Shown here: positions 22,805-38,200 of the stretch, piece after piece
How the letters are laid out: each line of letters opens with the position of its first letter
Position numbering within the stretch: the first letter of the stretch is position 1
Assembly (NCBI GenBank): GCA_907165135.1
Contig: OU015567.1
Coordinates: 8,246,001-8,310,000 of the forward strand
Origin: Oikopleura dioica
Taxonomy: Eukaryota; Animalia; Chordata
DNA: 64,000 bases
Reading direction: 5' to 3'
Program-made: the position numbers and the translations under genes
Notes under the pieces: generated by a model
What the model was told of the DNA's origin: nothing
What the model saw: only the letters and a program-made list of their open reading frames with translations
Database searches by the model: none

Positions 22805-24248
22805 TTACTTTCCGACGGGTACTGCGCCGGGGATTTTTCCAATGAGTCCAGTAATGTCATATCCAGTCACAGATTGGACTGTTTTCTAAAGGATTATTTG
22901 TCAAAAAATGATGGTTAAATTGATCATACCGGTAGTTCAGCAAGGAGTTTCGTTGTTTCCGCAGTCATCATTGATCCAGTTGTGTTGCTGCTTCCAATAA
23001 TTGTCAAATCGTCAACCTTTTCCAACGGCATCGAAATCGACTTGGCAATCTTTGGCAAGGCATCGAGAACAAGCTTCGTGGTCGCAGCATGGCCGTATTC
23101 TTCGTAAGCAACAGCTTTCATTGACATTTTACTAGCTTCAGCAGTACCGATCGCTTCGATAACTTGCGCTTCAGCTTTACCGATTCTTCTGAGCTTTTCG
23201 GCCTGGCCTTCTGCTTTCTTGACTTTCTGGCTTTTCGCCGCTTCTGCAAGAGTTTGGACTTTGAAGGCTTGAGCGTCGGCAGGAAGTCGAGTCTTATGAA
23301 TGAGCTCTTTTTCTTGACGCTCGATTTCAAGTTCTTCGACTTCGATTTCTCTTTGTCGCTCGATAAGATCAACACCCATGTCTTCCTGGATAATTCGCTG
23401 CTTCTCCTTCATCGCTTGGAGACTGTAGGCCAGATTTGATTCGGTCTGCGCCTTGTTCACTTCGCATGCGAAATCGGCCAATTGTGTTTCATAATTTCGG
23501 CGATAACCGTCAACTTCAGTATCATTCTTGAGGCATACATCAGCCGATGTCTTCGCTGCCTCTTGCTCCTTGATGCAAGCGTCACGATTTGCATTGGCCA
23601 TGGCAATGTCTGCTGCAGCCTTGACCTTCGCGGTTTGCTCCATGCCAATGGCATCGAGATAGCCTTGGTTGTCCATGAGGTCTTTGATCGTGAAGCTGAG
23701 AATTTTTATTCCCATTTTGGAGACATCTGTGGCCGCTACAGCGCGGACATTGGCCGCGAAAGATTCTCGATCTTGGTAAAGCTCTTCCACATCCATCGTA
23801 CCGCAAATCGCTCGAAGATGACCTAAAGACCGAATATCGAGGGAATATATGATGGGTTTTAATTTTACCTTCGAATGTTTCAAGCAGTTGTTCTTGAATT
23901 TCGTAGTCAGCCTTCCCAAGGAACTGTTCACAAGCGATCTGCAGATAGACATCATCGTCAGTCATGACTTTCACTTGGGCGACTCCAGTTACCGTAATCG
24001 GTACGCCTCTCTTTGTCTCACAGTTGGTGACTTTCGGGAGGAGGGTCATTACTTCCAGAGAAATTTTCTGCGCTTCCGATACCAGCATCCAGGCCCATCC
24101 CCATCCACCTTCTGTTCAAATAGACATTTAGCAAACGAACGAACGCAAAGAAAAATAACTTACTAATGTACCGCTTATTCCCACTGCCGCCGCAGCCACC
24201 GGAAATAACGATGGCTTCGTTTGGGCCCGCTACGTGTACATTGCCCAT
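22805..24248 (-). CDS. FLOT2: Flotillin-2/reggie-1 paralog A
   Basis: MGN..GPNEAIVISGGC, SLEVMTL, ACEQFLGK, GHLRAI, ILSFTIKD and LLAELP; three introns. Confidence 0.93.
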
Positions 24249-24557
24249 CCTAAACGGAATACATCATTTTTCGTCGTTAAATCTTGCGCAAATCATTTTT
24301 TGAATTGAACTTCAAAAAGAAAAGAAACACAGATTGGAAGCTTTTTTTGTATAAAAATAGATTTATAGGTAAAAAGATAAATAGATAGGTAAATGAAGGC
24401 GATGAACTCATCCCTCGATTTCATCGTGAGCAAAAACGGTAGAACAGGCACTATCTTCTTGAGGTAGATATAAATAAATAAACAATGCTACGTACAGAAC
24501 AGGATTCATTAGGAACAAAATCTCGTGGAAGGCACCTTCATTACTTGTTCTCTTTCT

Positions 24558-26016
24558 TTACTTGGAGGTCTTGTTGACTAGTTTGTTGGCGAGAACAGCT
24601 CCAGGAATTTGTCCCATGATTCCAGAAATATCGTAGCCGGTCACAGTCTTGACGGTTTCCTAATAATCGTGATTAGAAATTATCAGACTCGTGAAAATGC
24701 TTACAACTAATTAAACAATTTCACGATGAAATGAATTGGGATGATTTATTTCTTTACCGGAAGTTCAGCGAGCATCTTGGTCGCTTCAGAAGTGAGGGCG
24801 GATCCTCGACTATCGCCAGAGCCAACAATGGTGACATCTTCAATCTTTTCGAGTGGCATGGCGATGGCCTTGGCAATCTTGGGCAAAGCATCAAGCACGA
24901 GCCTGGTAGTAGCGGCCTGTCCGTACTCTCGGTAAGCACTGGCCTTCATGAGCATCTGGTTAGCTTCAGCGTTACCAATAGCTTCGATGACAGCAGCCTC
25001 GCCTTTTCCAACGAGTCGGAGCTTTTCGGCGTTACCGGCAGCCTCTTTGACAATGACAGATTTCTTAGCATCGGCTTGGCATCGCACGCGGAAGGCTTCT
25101 GCATCAGCAGGAAGTCGAGTAGTATGAGTGAGGGTCTTCTCCTGTCGCACGATCTCAAGTTCTTCAACTTCGATTTCCCGTTGTCGCTCGACGAGTTCGA
25201 CACCCATTTCTTCCTTGATGATTTCTTGCTGCTGCTTCATCGCTTGGAGCTCGTACGCCATCTTGGCTTCAGTCTGTGCAGTGTTGACCTCGGTCTGGAA
25301 AGCAGCAAAACTAGTCTCAAATTCTTTCCTGAAGTTGTCGATTTGTGTTTCGTTCTTGAATTTGATGTCGGTGGCTTCTTTTTTCGATAATTCTTCATTG
25401 ATCAAGGCATCTCGGTCTGCTTCAGCTTGGGCAATATCTGCATCAGCCTTTTGCCTGGCCGTTTGTTCAACTCCAATAGCTTCTAGGTAGCCGTTGTTGT
25501 CGCTAAGCTCCTTGATGGTGAAGCTGAGAATTTCAATACCCATCTTGTTGACATCAGTCGAAGCTTGATTCGTGACATTGGCAGCAAATTCCTTTCGGTT
25601 CTGGAATAGACCCTCGACCTCCATGCTTCCACAAATACCTCGAAGATGACCTAAACAATGATTCGCTTAGAGGGGATTTGCCATTGATTTATACCTGAGA
25701 AAGTGTTGAGGATGACTTCTTCAATTTCACGGGGGTTCTTTCCAAGAAACTGTTCACAGGCCTTCTTCAAGCTTATCTCATCGTTCATAATGCGAACCTG
25801 GGCGACGGCGCCTACGTTCATGGGAACACCCTTAGCGGTCTCGCAGTTGCACACTCTGGGGTTAAGAGTCATCACTTCCAACGACATTCGTTGCGATTCG
25901 GAGACCACCCACCATTTCCATCCCGAGCCGCCGACGATGTACTTTGATTTGTTTCCAACGCAGCCACCTGAAACGACGCAGACTTCATTCGGACCAGCGA
26001 CAACGATATTTCCCAT
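24558..26016 (-). CDS. FLOT2: Flotillin-2/reggie-1 paralog B (tandem duplicate)
   Basis: MGN..GPNEVCVVSGGC, SLEVMTLNP, ACEQFLGKN, GHLRGI, ILSFTIKE and MLAELP; two introns. Confidence 0.93.
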
Positions 26017-26444
26017 TCTTAAAAGAAATAAGTCAGTCATTTCTCTTTGAAACGATAAAAGAGAGCGGATAGCTCGCCGAGGAAAGGAAAGAGCAGCTGA
26101 ATTATTGAAAATCGATCTTTAGGAAACTCAGTTTTGTGCTTTTATGAGTACAAAGGGCGCATATTTAATGCTATTTGGTCTCTTCAGGGGATTGAGTATT
26201 AAAGTAAGTTCGCGAGTTGAACTCGATTAGAGTCGATTTCCACTAATACCAGCCGATCTTTCTTTCTTTGAACAAACAGAAAGGGCGGTTAGAAAAATAG
26301 AGCGATGTTTAATTGTATAAAAATAGATATATGACAATATGAAAAATTGAAAAATATAAATAATTGATAGTGCGGTGATCGATAAATGGCAATATGCGAT
26401 GTACAGAAGATGAAATTTTCTCAACGGCAAAAAAATTTGTGTTT

Positions 26445-29852
<3,408 letters not shown>

Positions 29853-30702
29853 CCTCTCTTTTTGTCAACCGACTTGTTTCGACTGCTCGTCTAAAACGGT
29901 GTGTTCTTAGAAGATTCTTGCGGATTTCTGGGTACCAGTTTTTGGAAAAAAGTATGAATTTGGTTAAATGAGAAATTACAATTAATCAATTTACAGGGAA
30001 AACAGACAGAGATTTCAGATGTTCTAGAGAAAAATGCTGCAAATGGTATACCGTTTTATAAAATTTAACCCGTCCCGGCAGGTTAAAAAACGATAGTGTT
30101 GATAAATGAAGGGTAGATTCGGGCATGTTTCATGGTTTTGTGGTGCTTTTTTATTGAGTTTTTTGATGAAGAGAAAGGGAAGAAAGTGGAGCGTGAAAAG
30201 CAGTTGAACTAGTCAGTAAGTAAAATCTAGTTTGTTACAGCAAAATTTGTCAAAAGAAGATCTTTCCTTGAATAGTTTGTACGTGGAAGAATGAAACGAA
30301 TTTACAGTTGTTACAGTAGCTCTTGGACATAGTCTAACATACAGTAGGTCTTTTCGAGCTCTGAAGATTATAGTGAGTCTCAGACAGAGTTTTATTAAAA
30401 CCTCTTAAAGTCGGCAAGAAAATTGAGTCTAGTGAAAAATAATTGTTGAAAAAATGTGAGTTTTCCTGTTTTGAAAAAACAGGGGATATTAAAATGCCCG
30501 ATGTTATAAAATTGATATATACATACACTGGTTATATCACACGTTTTTTGCTGTTTAGTAGATTTTATAATTGTAAAAGTCACAATTCTAGAGGAATGCT
30601 GGACGAAGCTGAACTGGCTATGTTTCTGTTTGTTTCTTTTTGAGAGTCGATCACCTTCAAATTTGTCGTTAGAATTGTCGTTTTTTTCTAGCTACTGGTA
30701 CA

Positions 30703-31316
30703 TTACCTTTTGCGTTTCTTCATATTTTTGTGCGCCTGTTCAATGAGCCAATTGAGTCCAGTATCGAGCCCCACTCCCTTGTGCGCACAACTGGGCTGGA
30801 CGAACCAGGCATGATTTGTCAACTTATCGAGTCCAAGAATATTCGGTACATGGGTAGCTTTGATCGCATGTTTCTGATCCTGCTTATTCGCGAAAACCAG
30901 CACTGGGGAACCCTTCATGTCAGTGTTGTTGACGATTTTGAGGAATTCTTTGCGCGCTTCTTGGAAACGATCTTCGTCTGCACAATCCAAAACGAAAATC
31001 AAACCCTAAAAAGGATAAATCAATGCGTTCTAGCAGTGAAACAGCCGCCTGTGGCTTATTTTGTTAGTATTCTGGTTACCTGTGTGCCTGTATAATAATG
31101 CCTCCAAAGAGCTCTGATTTTGTCCTGTCCTCCCACGTCCCAAATGTTCAGCATGACTCCTTTGTACTTGACGCTTTCGACATTGAATCCAACTGTGGGG
31201 AGTGTTTGAAGCTCGTTCAGGCTTTTTAGTTTGTAAAGAATCGTAGTTTTTCCGGCCGAGTCGAGTCCCAGCATCAAAATTCGCAGTTCCTTCTTTTTCG
31301 AGCTGCTAATTCCCAT
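30703..31316 (-). CDS. ARF6-like small GTPase with a polybasic C-terminal tail
   Basis: [37 protein letters not shown](G)LIFVLDCAD and NKQD; Gly2 is present. Confidence 0.85.
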
Positions 31317-31983
31317 TCTGAAATTCAAAAATCTCTTTATTTTCGCGCCTTTCTATCTCCCTCTTCTTTTTTCCTTTATCGAATTAAAATAAATCATACA
31401 GTCAGTCTATGAGCTGTATTTGTTGCGAAAAGGTTGTTCTTTTGGTCAATTTATTGATTTCTTCCAATAATTAAATTCAGTCTTCTCAATTTAGCGAAAT
31501 AAAAATTATTCATTGCTGGTTCAAATATTTGCAGAAAGCAGGACCATAATCTGAATTTCTCTCCGCGAAAAATGTTTCTAGTCTGGGAGAATCTCGTCGA
31601 AAGGGGCGCGCTGATTGGCTCGTTGAATTTTCGCATCTTTTGAAGTGGAAGGTTCCTGACTCGAAGAATCGAGTCCCAATTCGGACTCCGGAATTATCAA
31701 AAATTAACTGTAAATTCTAAAATAGATAACCAGTTTAACAAACAATTATGAATGATAAACAATAAGCATAAAAAGTTAATTAATTATCATAAAATTAATA
31801 AGCTTTATTATTTTTCGTAAATCGATTTACGAATCACTTTGAATAGATCAAGAAAATTACGTCGATAGATAATTTCCCCTGTTTTGGCACTGAAAAGATA
31901 TGACGCTGATTCCTGCTTACGCTAGTGAAGTCTGACGCGCATCCAATTTACGCGAAATCAACTTTTTTACGAGCCTTAATTCT

Positions 31984-32015
31984 TATAAAAGCAGCGGGCC
32001 CAGGCCCTCATCTCA
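31984..32015 (+). promoter_or_regulatory. TATA box plus initiator-like TCA upstream of the DD3-3-like gene
   Basis: TATAAAA at 31984-31990, TCA about 29 nt downstream, then a short A/C-rich leader to the ATG at 32052. Confidence 0.6.
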
Positions 32016-32051
32016 TAACAAACTGAAACCAAAAACAACCAACAACCAAAA

Positions 32052-34400
32052 ATGAAGCTTTTTTCTTCCCTTCTTGCATCGACCGCTCTTGGCGACGTCT
32101 ACATGCACTTCCCAAGGGGCTCCAACAACCGGCTCAACGAGAACTCCGAAGGCCGACGCAACGGAAATCGACTTTTCGACTCCCAAAACAACAACGAAGG
32201 CGGCTACAACGTCGGTGACAGATTCGACAAACCTGCCAAGACTGCCGACGAGCAAAGCAAAGCTGTCTTCTTTGAGTCCACTGCTGAAGCCGCTTCTGAA
32301 ATCGCGATCGAATGGTGGAACCAGCACGGCTGCGGCAAGCGAGATGAAAACGACGCGAACTGGGTCAACTGTCAGATTGTCCTTCAGTACATGTGCGAGG
32401 ACTCCTCTTCAACTAAGATCCAGAACGGACTCAACACCAACACTCCCGCTTACAGCCGACCAAAGAACGATGAATCCCAGCAACAGTATGCTGATCGCAA
32501 ACGCAAAGATACAATGGACAATGATCACGCCCAACGAGGAGTCCACGAGTCTTGGGAATACTACGACTCCTGCTACAGGAGAGATAGAAATTATGGGCTT
32601 TTCACTGGCAACGAAGGCCGAGTGCGAGGCGGGGCGATCTTCACCCGACAAAATCCAGGAGGAACTCGCCGGGGTTACGAGTGCCCAGAAGAGAGAGATT
32701 ACTATCCTTACTGGCATCCAACTCCGTGGAAAGATATCGCTGTTCTCACTTCCGAGCCAAGCAAATGCCAAGATCTGACATCAGAAAACGGCAACAGAAA
32801 TATGAAATACGAATGCGTCCACAATATCGACGCCAATACAACTCTCGGATACAGTAAATACAACAACGAAGAAGAATGTACGCACTTTGGCGGCGAATGG
32901 GTTGGTTTTTACAACCCGAAATTCATCTTTGAGGATATTGAAGACAAAGATGCCTGCGATGCACTTGCGAAGGACTCTGATTTCAAGAACGATATCATCT
33001 GGGGAGTTCCTTTCCGAACAGGCGAGGGCCGAAGAATTGCTCCACAAGAAAAGTGTCTTCTCTTAGAAGAAGCACCCGAGTGCAAGAAAGCGCCTTGGTC
33101 CCGAGCCAATCATCTCGGTCAAACTGATGACACCGACTACTTCCCAACTTATAAATGGGAGCTTCCAAACTTTCACGGTCTTCTCGAATCGCAAGAATGC
33201 GTTCTCCGAATCCGATACAACATCACAACCAACGACTATCTCGACGACTTCGCTTCCGAAAACAGCAAGGCTTATTTCCCTGGGCTCGAATCTCACGATG
33301 ATCCTGAAGTAACTTATCGAGGCGCTCGACTTCAACTCGCCCTTGATTCTGCTCAAACCGGCCGCGTCTTCCAAGATCGATCTCACATCTTCCAGCTGAA
33401 GCCTCGACCACAATCCGTTCCTTCCGATAAAGTCATCAAAAACCTCGGCGTTCGTGGTCGACGAGGCAACATCGTTCAAGCGTTCCCTTCTGTTGAATAC
33501 GACTTCTCTCCGACTATTCTCGAAATGAATCAAGACGATCTTGTGCACATTCAATGGGAAGGAAGCAACACCAATCCCAACTCAGATGGCGAAGGGCGAC
33601 AAGGAACTGATAGATCCAACATTGTTCCAATCACTGTTCCAGGCGCGAGCATCCCAGCTGGTCTTCCTTCTTTCCCCAACAACGACCTCAATGAAGATTA
33701 CTGTCAATACACTGATGCTGATGGAACAATTCGAACTTTCCGAGCCCTCATCGTCCGAGACAGCTCTTTTCCAGAGATCGTTCAGCAATGCGAAGCTGCA
33801 AAAATGACTCTCCCTGAACCCACAACTCAAGAATACAACGATGCTCTGGTTGAGTTTTGGAATCCAAATGGTAACTGGAGAGGCGATATTCCAATTGGAA
33901 TGGCTGCCGACTGGGCCGCTCTTTCCTCTGGCGAGGCTGCTTCCTTCCACCAGTTCCGACATCAACGACCACCAATCGGCCAGATCGACCACTACGCCAT
34001 GATCGACTCTAGGGGCAGATGGTACGATGACATGAACGAACACCGAGTCTTCTCCAGAGCTGTCTGTTTTGCCGAAGTTGCAGGAGACGAGTTTGCCGAT
34101 GAGCCAAAGATGTTCGCCGACTGGATCTGGAGCGCTGCTGATAGTCTTGATAAATTGAATAACACTGAAGAACTCGAACTTCAATTGGCATCATCTGGGT
34201 ATTACCAGTGCTACAACAAACAAGACTGCGCCAACTCCTTCGAAGAAAAGAAGGATTCTCTCCAGGATCAACTCAACAATGCACCAGCATATTTCGCCGG
34301 AAACATTGTGCGAATGAACCCAGGCGTTCACCAGTATCTGTCTACAAGAAACAACAACTTCTCCAACCGCGCCCAGAAGGGAACCATTATTGTTAACTAA
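32052..34400 (+). CDS. Secreted DD3-3-family protein (782 aa, one exon) with an internal C-type-lectin-like domain
   Basis: Signal peptide followed by family motifs DVYMHFPRGSNNRLNE, RLFDSQNN, ECPEERDYYPYWHP.PWKD and RNNNFSNRAQKG. The insert reads QCEAAKMTLPEP...IPIG...GRWYD...AVC. AATAAA at 34463. Confidence 0.75.
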   Translation: MKLFSSLLASTALGDVYMHFPRGSNNRLNENSEGRRNGNRLFDSQNNNEGGYNVGDRFDKPAKTADEQSKAVFFESTAEAASEIAIEWWNQHGCGKRDENDANWVNCQIVLQYMCEDSSSTKIQNGLNTNTPAYSRPKNDESQQQYADRKRKDTMDNDHAQRGVHESWEYYDSCYRRDRNYGLFTGNEGRVRGGAIFTRQNPGGTRRGYECPEERDYYPYWHPTPWKDIAVLTSEPSKCQDLTSENGNRNMKYECVHNIDANTTLGYSKYNNEEECTHFGGEWVGFYNPKFIFEDIEDKDACDALAKDSDFKNDIIWGVPFRTGEGRRIAPQEKCLLLEEAPECKKAPWSRANHLGQTDDTDYFPTYKWELPNFHGLLESQECVLRIRYNITTNDYLDDFASENSKAYFPGLESHDDPEVTYRGARLQLALDSAQTGRVFQDRSHIFQLKPRPQSVPSDKVIKNLGVRGRRGNIVQAFPSVEYDFSPTILEMNQDDLVHIQWEGSNTNPNSDGEGRQGTDRSNIVPITVPGASIPAGLPSFPNNDLNEDYCQYTDADGTIRTFRALIVRDSSFPEIVQQCEAAKMTLPEPTTQEYNDALVEFWNPNGNWRGDIPIGMAADWAALSSGEAASFHQFRHQRPPIGQIDHYAMIDSRGRWYDDMNEHRVFSRAVCFAEVAGDEFADEPKMFADWIWSAADSLDKLNNTEELELQLASSGYYQCYNKQDCANSFEEKKDSLQDQLNNAPAYFAGNIVRMNPGVHQYLSTRNNNFSNRAQKGTIIVN

Positions 34401-34659
34401 TTTCGCATCAACTATACTTACTGATACTTTTTCCTTGTTGAATCAAACGTTACTTCATTGATAATAAAGAGATAAATATACGAAAATATGGCTGTTTTAT
34501 CAAAATTTTTAGGTTTTAAAAAATTGATTGTTGTCAAGCAAATATTATTACTCAAAAATCGATCGACAACATCAAGTGATTTTACATTTTACGGCGATCA
34601 CGTTCAATAAAAGCCATGCCCACTTCTTTCGTACTTTTATTTCAAGCCAATCTTGGCAC

Positions 34660-35172
34660 ATGAAAACGATGAAGTGTTCGATTATAAGGACAGAGAAAAT
34701 TTGCACAGGCCATCGACTTCATAGGTAAAAATATATAGAAGTATAAGGTTGATATCAAGGAAGACTAAGTCGTTCAGTCCGTTTCTGACAGACGAAGAAA
34801 ACAAGAAAGTTTACGGCAAGTGCAATCACCCCAACGGCCACGGTCATAATTACACGATTCAAGCAGTAATCGAGGTGGGCCACTCTTCCTTCCTTGATTT
34901 TCTTAGACTTCCAGGGCGAAATCATAAAGGAGACAGGAATGGTGATGAATCTCGTCGATCTCAAACAGGCCATGTGGAAAGTGCTCTCTCAGCTCGATCA
35001 CAAAAATGTGGATAAAGACGTCGAATACTTCAAGAACTTCCCATCTACCGCGGAGAATATCGCCCGGTGGATTTTCACCCAGCTTTCACAAGAACTACCG
35101 CCCGGCTCCTATCGCCTCAAGAAAATCATACTCGACGAAACGGACAAAAACCGCGTTGAAATCTACGAATAA
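34660..35172 (+). CDS. PTS: 6-pyruvoyl-tetrahydropterin synthase
   Basis: [39 protein letters not shown] and ETD; introns at 34725-34777 and about 34874-34913. The start may be 34660 or 34669. Confidence 0.95.
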
Positions 35173-35244
35173 AGAGTCCTTTCTTTGATCGAACTTTTAA
35201 ATAGCATTTATTTATAAATAAAAAAAGAAGAAAGCAGGGCAATT

Positions 35245-38200
35245 TTAAATAGCTAGGCGAAAGCCAAAGAAGGAGAATTTTCTAAGATGGCTGTTTTTGG
35301 CCGTGATTTGCTCGGAGATATCCTCGAGTTTCTTTACTTCTATTTCCAATCGAACTAGATGCTCGGCTGTGTAGAGATCTTGGTTCGCGTTGCACCACTC
35401 ATCTGAAAATTTTTGTTAAGATATTTGATAGAAAAAGGCTTGACTTACATTTTTTCTTGTGTTTCTTTGGCAGGCGGTTGAGCAATTGATTGTACTTCAT
35501 TCTCAATTCGCGGCAATGGTTAAATCGCTCCTGCTCAGACAAATTTCGCTTTGGCAAGATCATGGTCATTTCTGCCGCATGAAAAATGCTATTCGTATTT
35601 GTCCTGGAAATTAATTTTAGAGGTTGCTTTGGATGATTTTTACTTACGGGCTCCGATTGAGAGAAGAGGAAGACTTGCTTGTTTTGAATTTGAGCAAGTT
35701 TTTCAACGAGTTCGACGACTTCAGATTCGCTGAAGAGCGCGTCTTTTCTTTCCTTTCGTAAGAATTCGAGTCCGCCAGGGTGGTTTTGGACGACGCCGTT
35801 TGAAGTTGGATTGAGCCATCAGCCATACGAACCATTCTGACGGCACTTTTCGTCTTATTGGATTTTCTCGGGTTTAATTTGTGCTGACGCGGTGCCATAC
35901 ACGCTTCCGTGTCTGTCGCTGGGTATTCTCTGATCGTGTCCATTTGGATCTTCTCCTTCTTACTAAATCTCGCACATTCTTCTTCGGCGTCGGACATTAA
36001 TTGCAAATGCTTGGTCCGCGCATACGCTGCTGGTTGAACTTTGGGCTTGCACTTGATCACCATTTCTGTCGGGGAGAAGGACTCGCGCGCAGAGAACTCT
36101 TGGTCGGATAAATACACCTTGTGCGGCTTTTTTCGCGGAAGTGGAAGGTCGAGGAAATGATCTTCTCCATCATAATCTGTCGCCGAGCCGTGTTGGGATG
36201 GACGGACGGAGACTTTGAAGTTGTTTGTGTCCGACTGATAGCCTCGCCATGCGGCGTTGTAGATGACGGTATCTTGAGATGTGGCCTCAGAGCAACTGAA
36301 TAATACGAGTTAATACCAGTATTGAGAAATGGTGCTCGATGGGTGCTGACATTAAGAGACTTCAAATGTAAAGCTAGGAGTTTTTAGGCCAAAGAGCTCA
36401 TAATAGTGTCAGCGCGCACCTGTGCCACCCATCAATTTTGACCTATTGTTTGGTATTTCCAGAGGGATCCCTCCAAATCTTTGATATGACGTACCTTGAG
36501 ATGTAGCTCTGCGACATTCCATGAAGTGGAGACCGGCAATCTGTTTTGATCTGTGGCTTTGGCGGAGTGGCTGGTCCGGGTCGTGGGCGCTTGTGATTTG
36601 CTCGCACTCGCTGCATTCGAGAAACTGCTTGAAGAATTGCAAGTGATTTGTCCTCTTCGTTTCCATCGATGTGAGGAACGAGGCAGATGTTGTTGGTCGT
36701 AGAAGCGAGGGCTTCACGAAGAAGATGGTGCTCTGCTGAATTTCGCTTTTGAAAAGCTGTTTTTCGAGCTCCACCATCGAGGATAAAGGAAGAGATTGTC
36801 GAAAGAATCGCAGATCCACCGCGCGCGCAGTCGAATAAATGAAGTCTTCCATGAGCACCGTTCGGGAGGTGGAAAGTGAGTGAGACAAGGATGTGTGAAA
36901 GAGGATCTCGTCGAGCAAAACACCGTCGGAGAAGCCGAAGACCAGGAAGAGCTGATCTTATGAGCATTTCGGACTGTCCATGGAGCTGAATCAAACGATG
37001 AGAAACGGAAGTTCTTGACTTTATGGAAATTTTAGAGGGCGTTTTGTAAGTTTGCGACGGTACTTAGTGACCATAGTGACGGCAAATGGAAAAAAATTGT
37101 GACAGCGTTGCGGCAGAAACTGTTAATTTTGTTTGGTAAAGTTGTTAGCACCTTGTGGCACGCGAGGAAGTGCACCGAGAGAGGAGGAGTGGCTAAGTGG
37201 CCACAAGGGGCCTGCCACCCCCATCTGCTGCGTTCTGTCGCTACTACTTGGGCCAAGATGATCATCGAGGTTATTAGATCCGAGCGATTTTTGCTGGTAA
37301 TTCATCTTAATTTTCAAACACTCAAGTGTTTATCGATTCACTGCGCCGAATCAGCGTCGAGTGAAAATCCGCCGCCGCCAGAGTTTTTCACAATTAGGGT
37401 TATTAAAGTATCTGGGAAGCTTAAATTGCTCAACGAGGTAAATACAAATTCCAACTGATTGAAGGCGCGGTTTTGATAATTAAAAGGCACGGGCTGATTT
37501 TGGAAGGACCTGGAGCGGATATAATCAAAGTTGGGGGAAAATCAAGGGGCAGGTAAATATAGCAAAAGTTATAAAACAAAAATTTTGGAGCGCTGTCAAG
37601 AAATTAATGAGCAATTTGGCCCGTCAGTGCGCGATGATCGCTTCAAAAGCGGCCACGTCTTCTTCTCGAAATTGACGCCTTTTAGTGTTTTGTGATTTTT
37701 TTTTGAAGTTGATCGTTTTAATTTTCGTTTCTTACCATTGGTCCAAGGAGGGGATCCTCGACGGCGAAGATTTCCGGTCGATCGGGGTTGATCAAGTCGA
37801 CGAGGGTTTCTTGGCTGCCCTCGATAACACTCAGACGCATTTTAATCCTGAAATAGAAGATCTGTAAGTACTTGTGTGTACTCATCCCATATTTAGCTGC
37901 GCGAGCCTTTGAAGTTTATATTTAGGCCAGTTAACAAATAGATAAATCATTTGGGAGTACCAGTACCGCCGGTGTAATTCGCGCTAGTGCACCTGTATCC
38001 GGATATCGGACCTAGCCGCGCATGAATTATGGTCAGAAGCCGATTCGATTGTCCCCTAACGTCCGGAAACGAGGCCATTTACTCAGTTGGGCACGTCGAC
38101 CCGAGCTCGTGCCAACTCTTGACGTCAGAAATTCTAACGCTACGTTTACGTTAATTATTTAAAAGAAAAAAATGATCTCATCATCTTTTAAATTCTCAAT

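Noticed and set aside
32052-34400. Intronless DD3-3 gene as evidence of horizontal transfer or retroposition
   Set aside because: Equally long exons occur in the native USP9X gene (about 2.5 kb), and there is no poly(A) remnant or target-site duplication.
37190-37200. Perfect Pol III A-box TGGCTAAGTGG in a kinesin intron
   Set aside because: No B-box or cloverleaf downstream.
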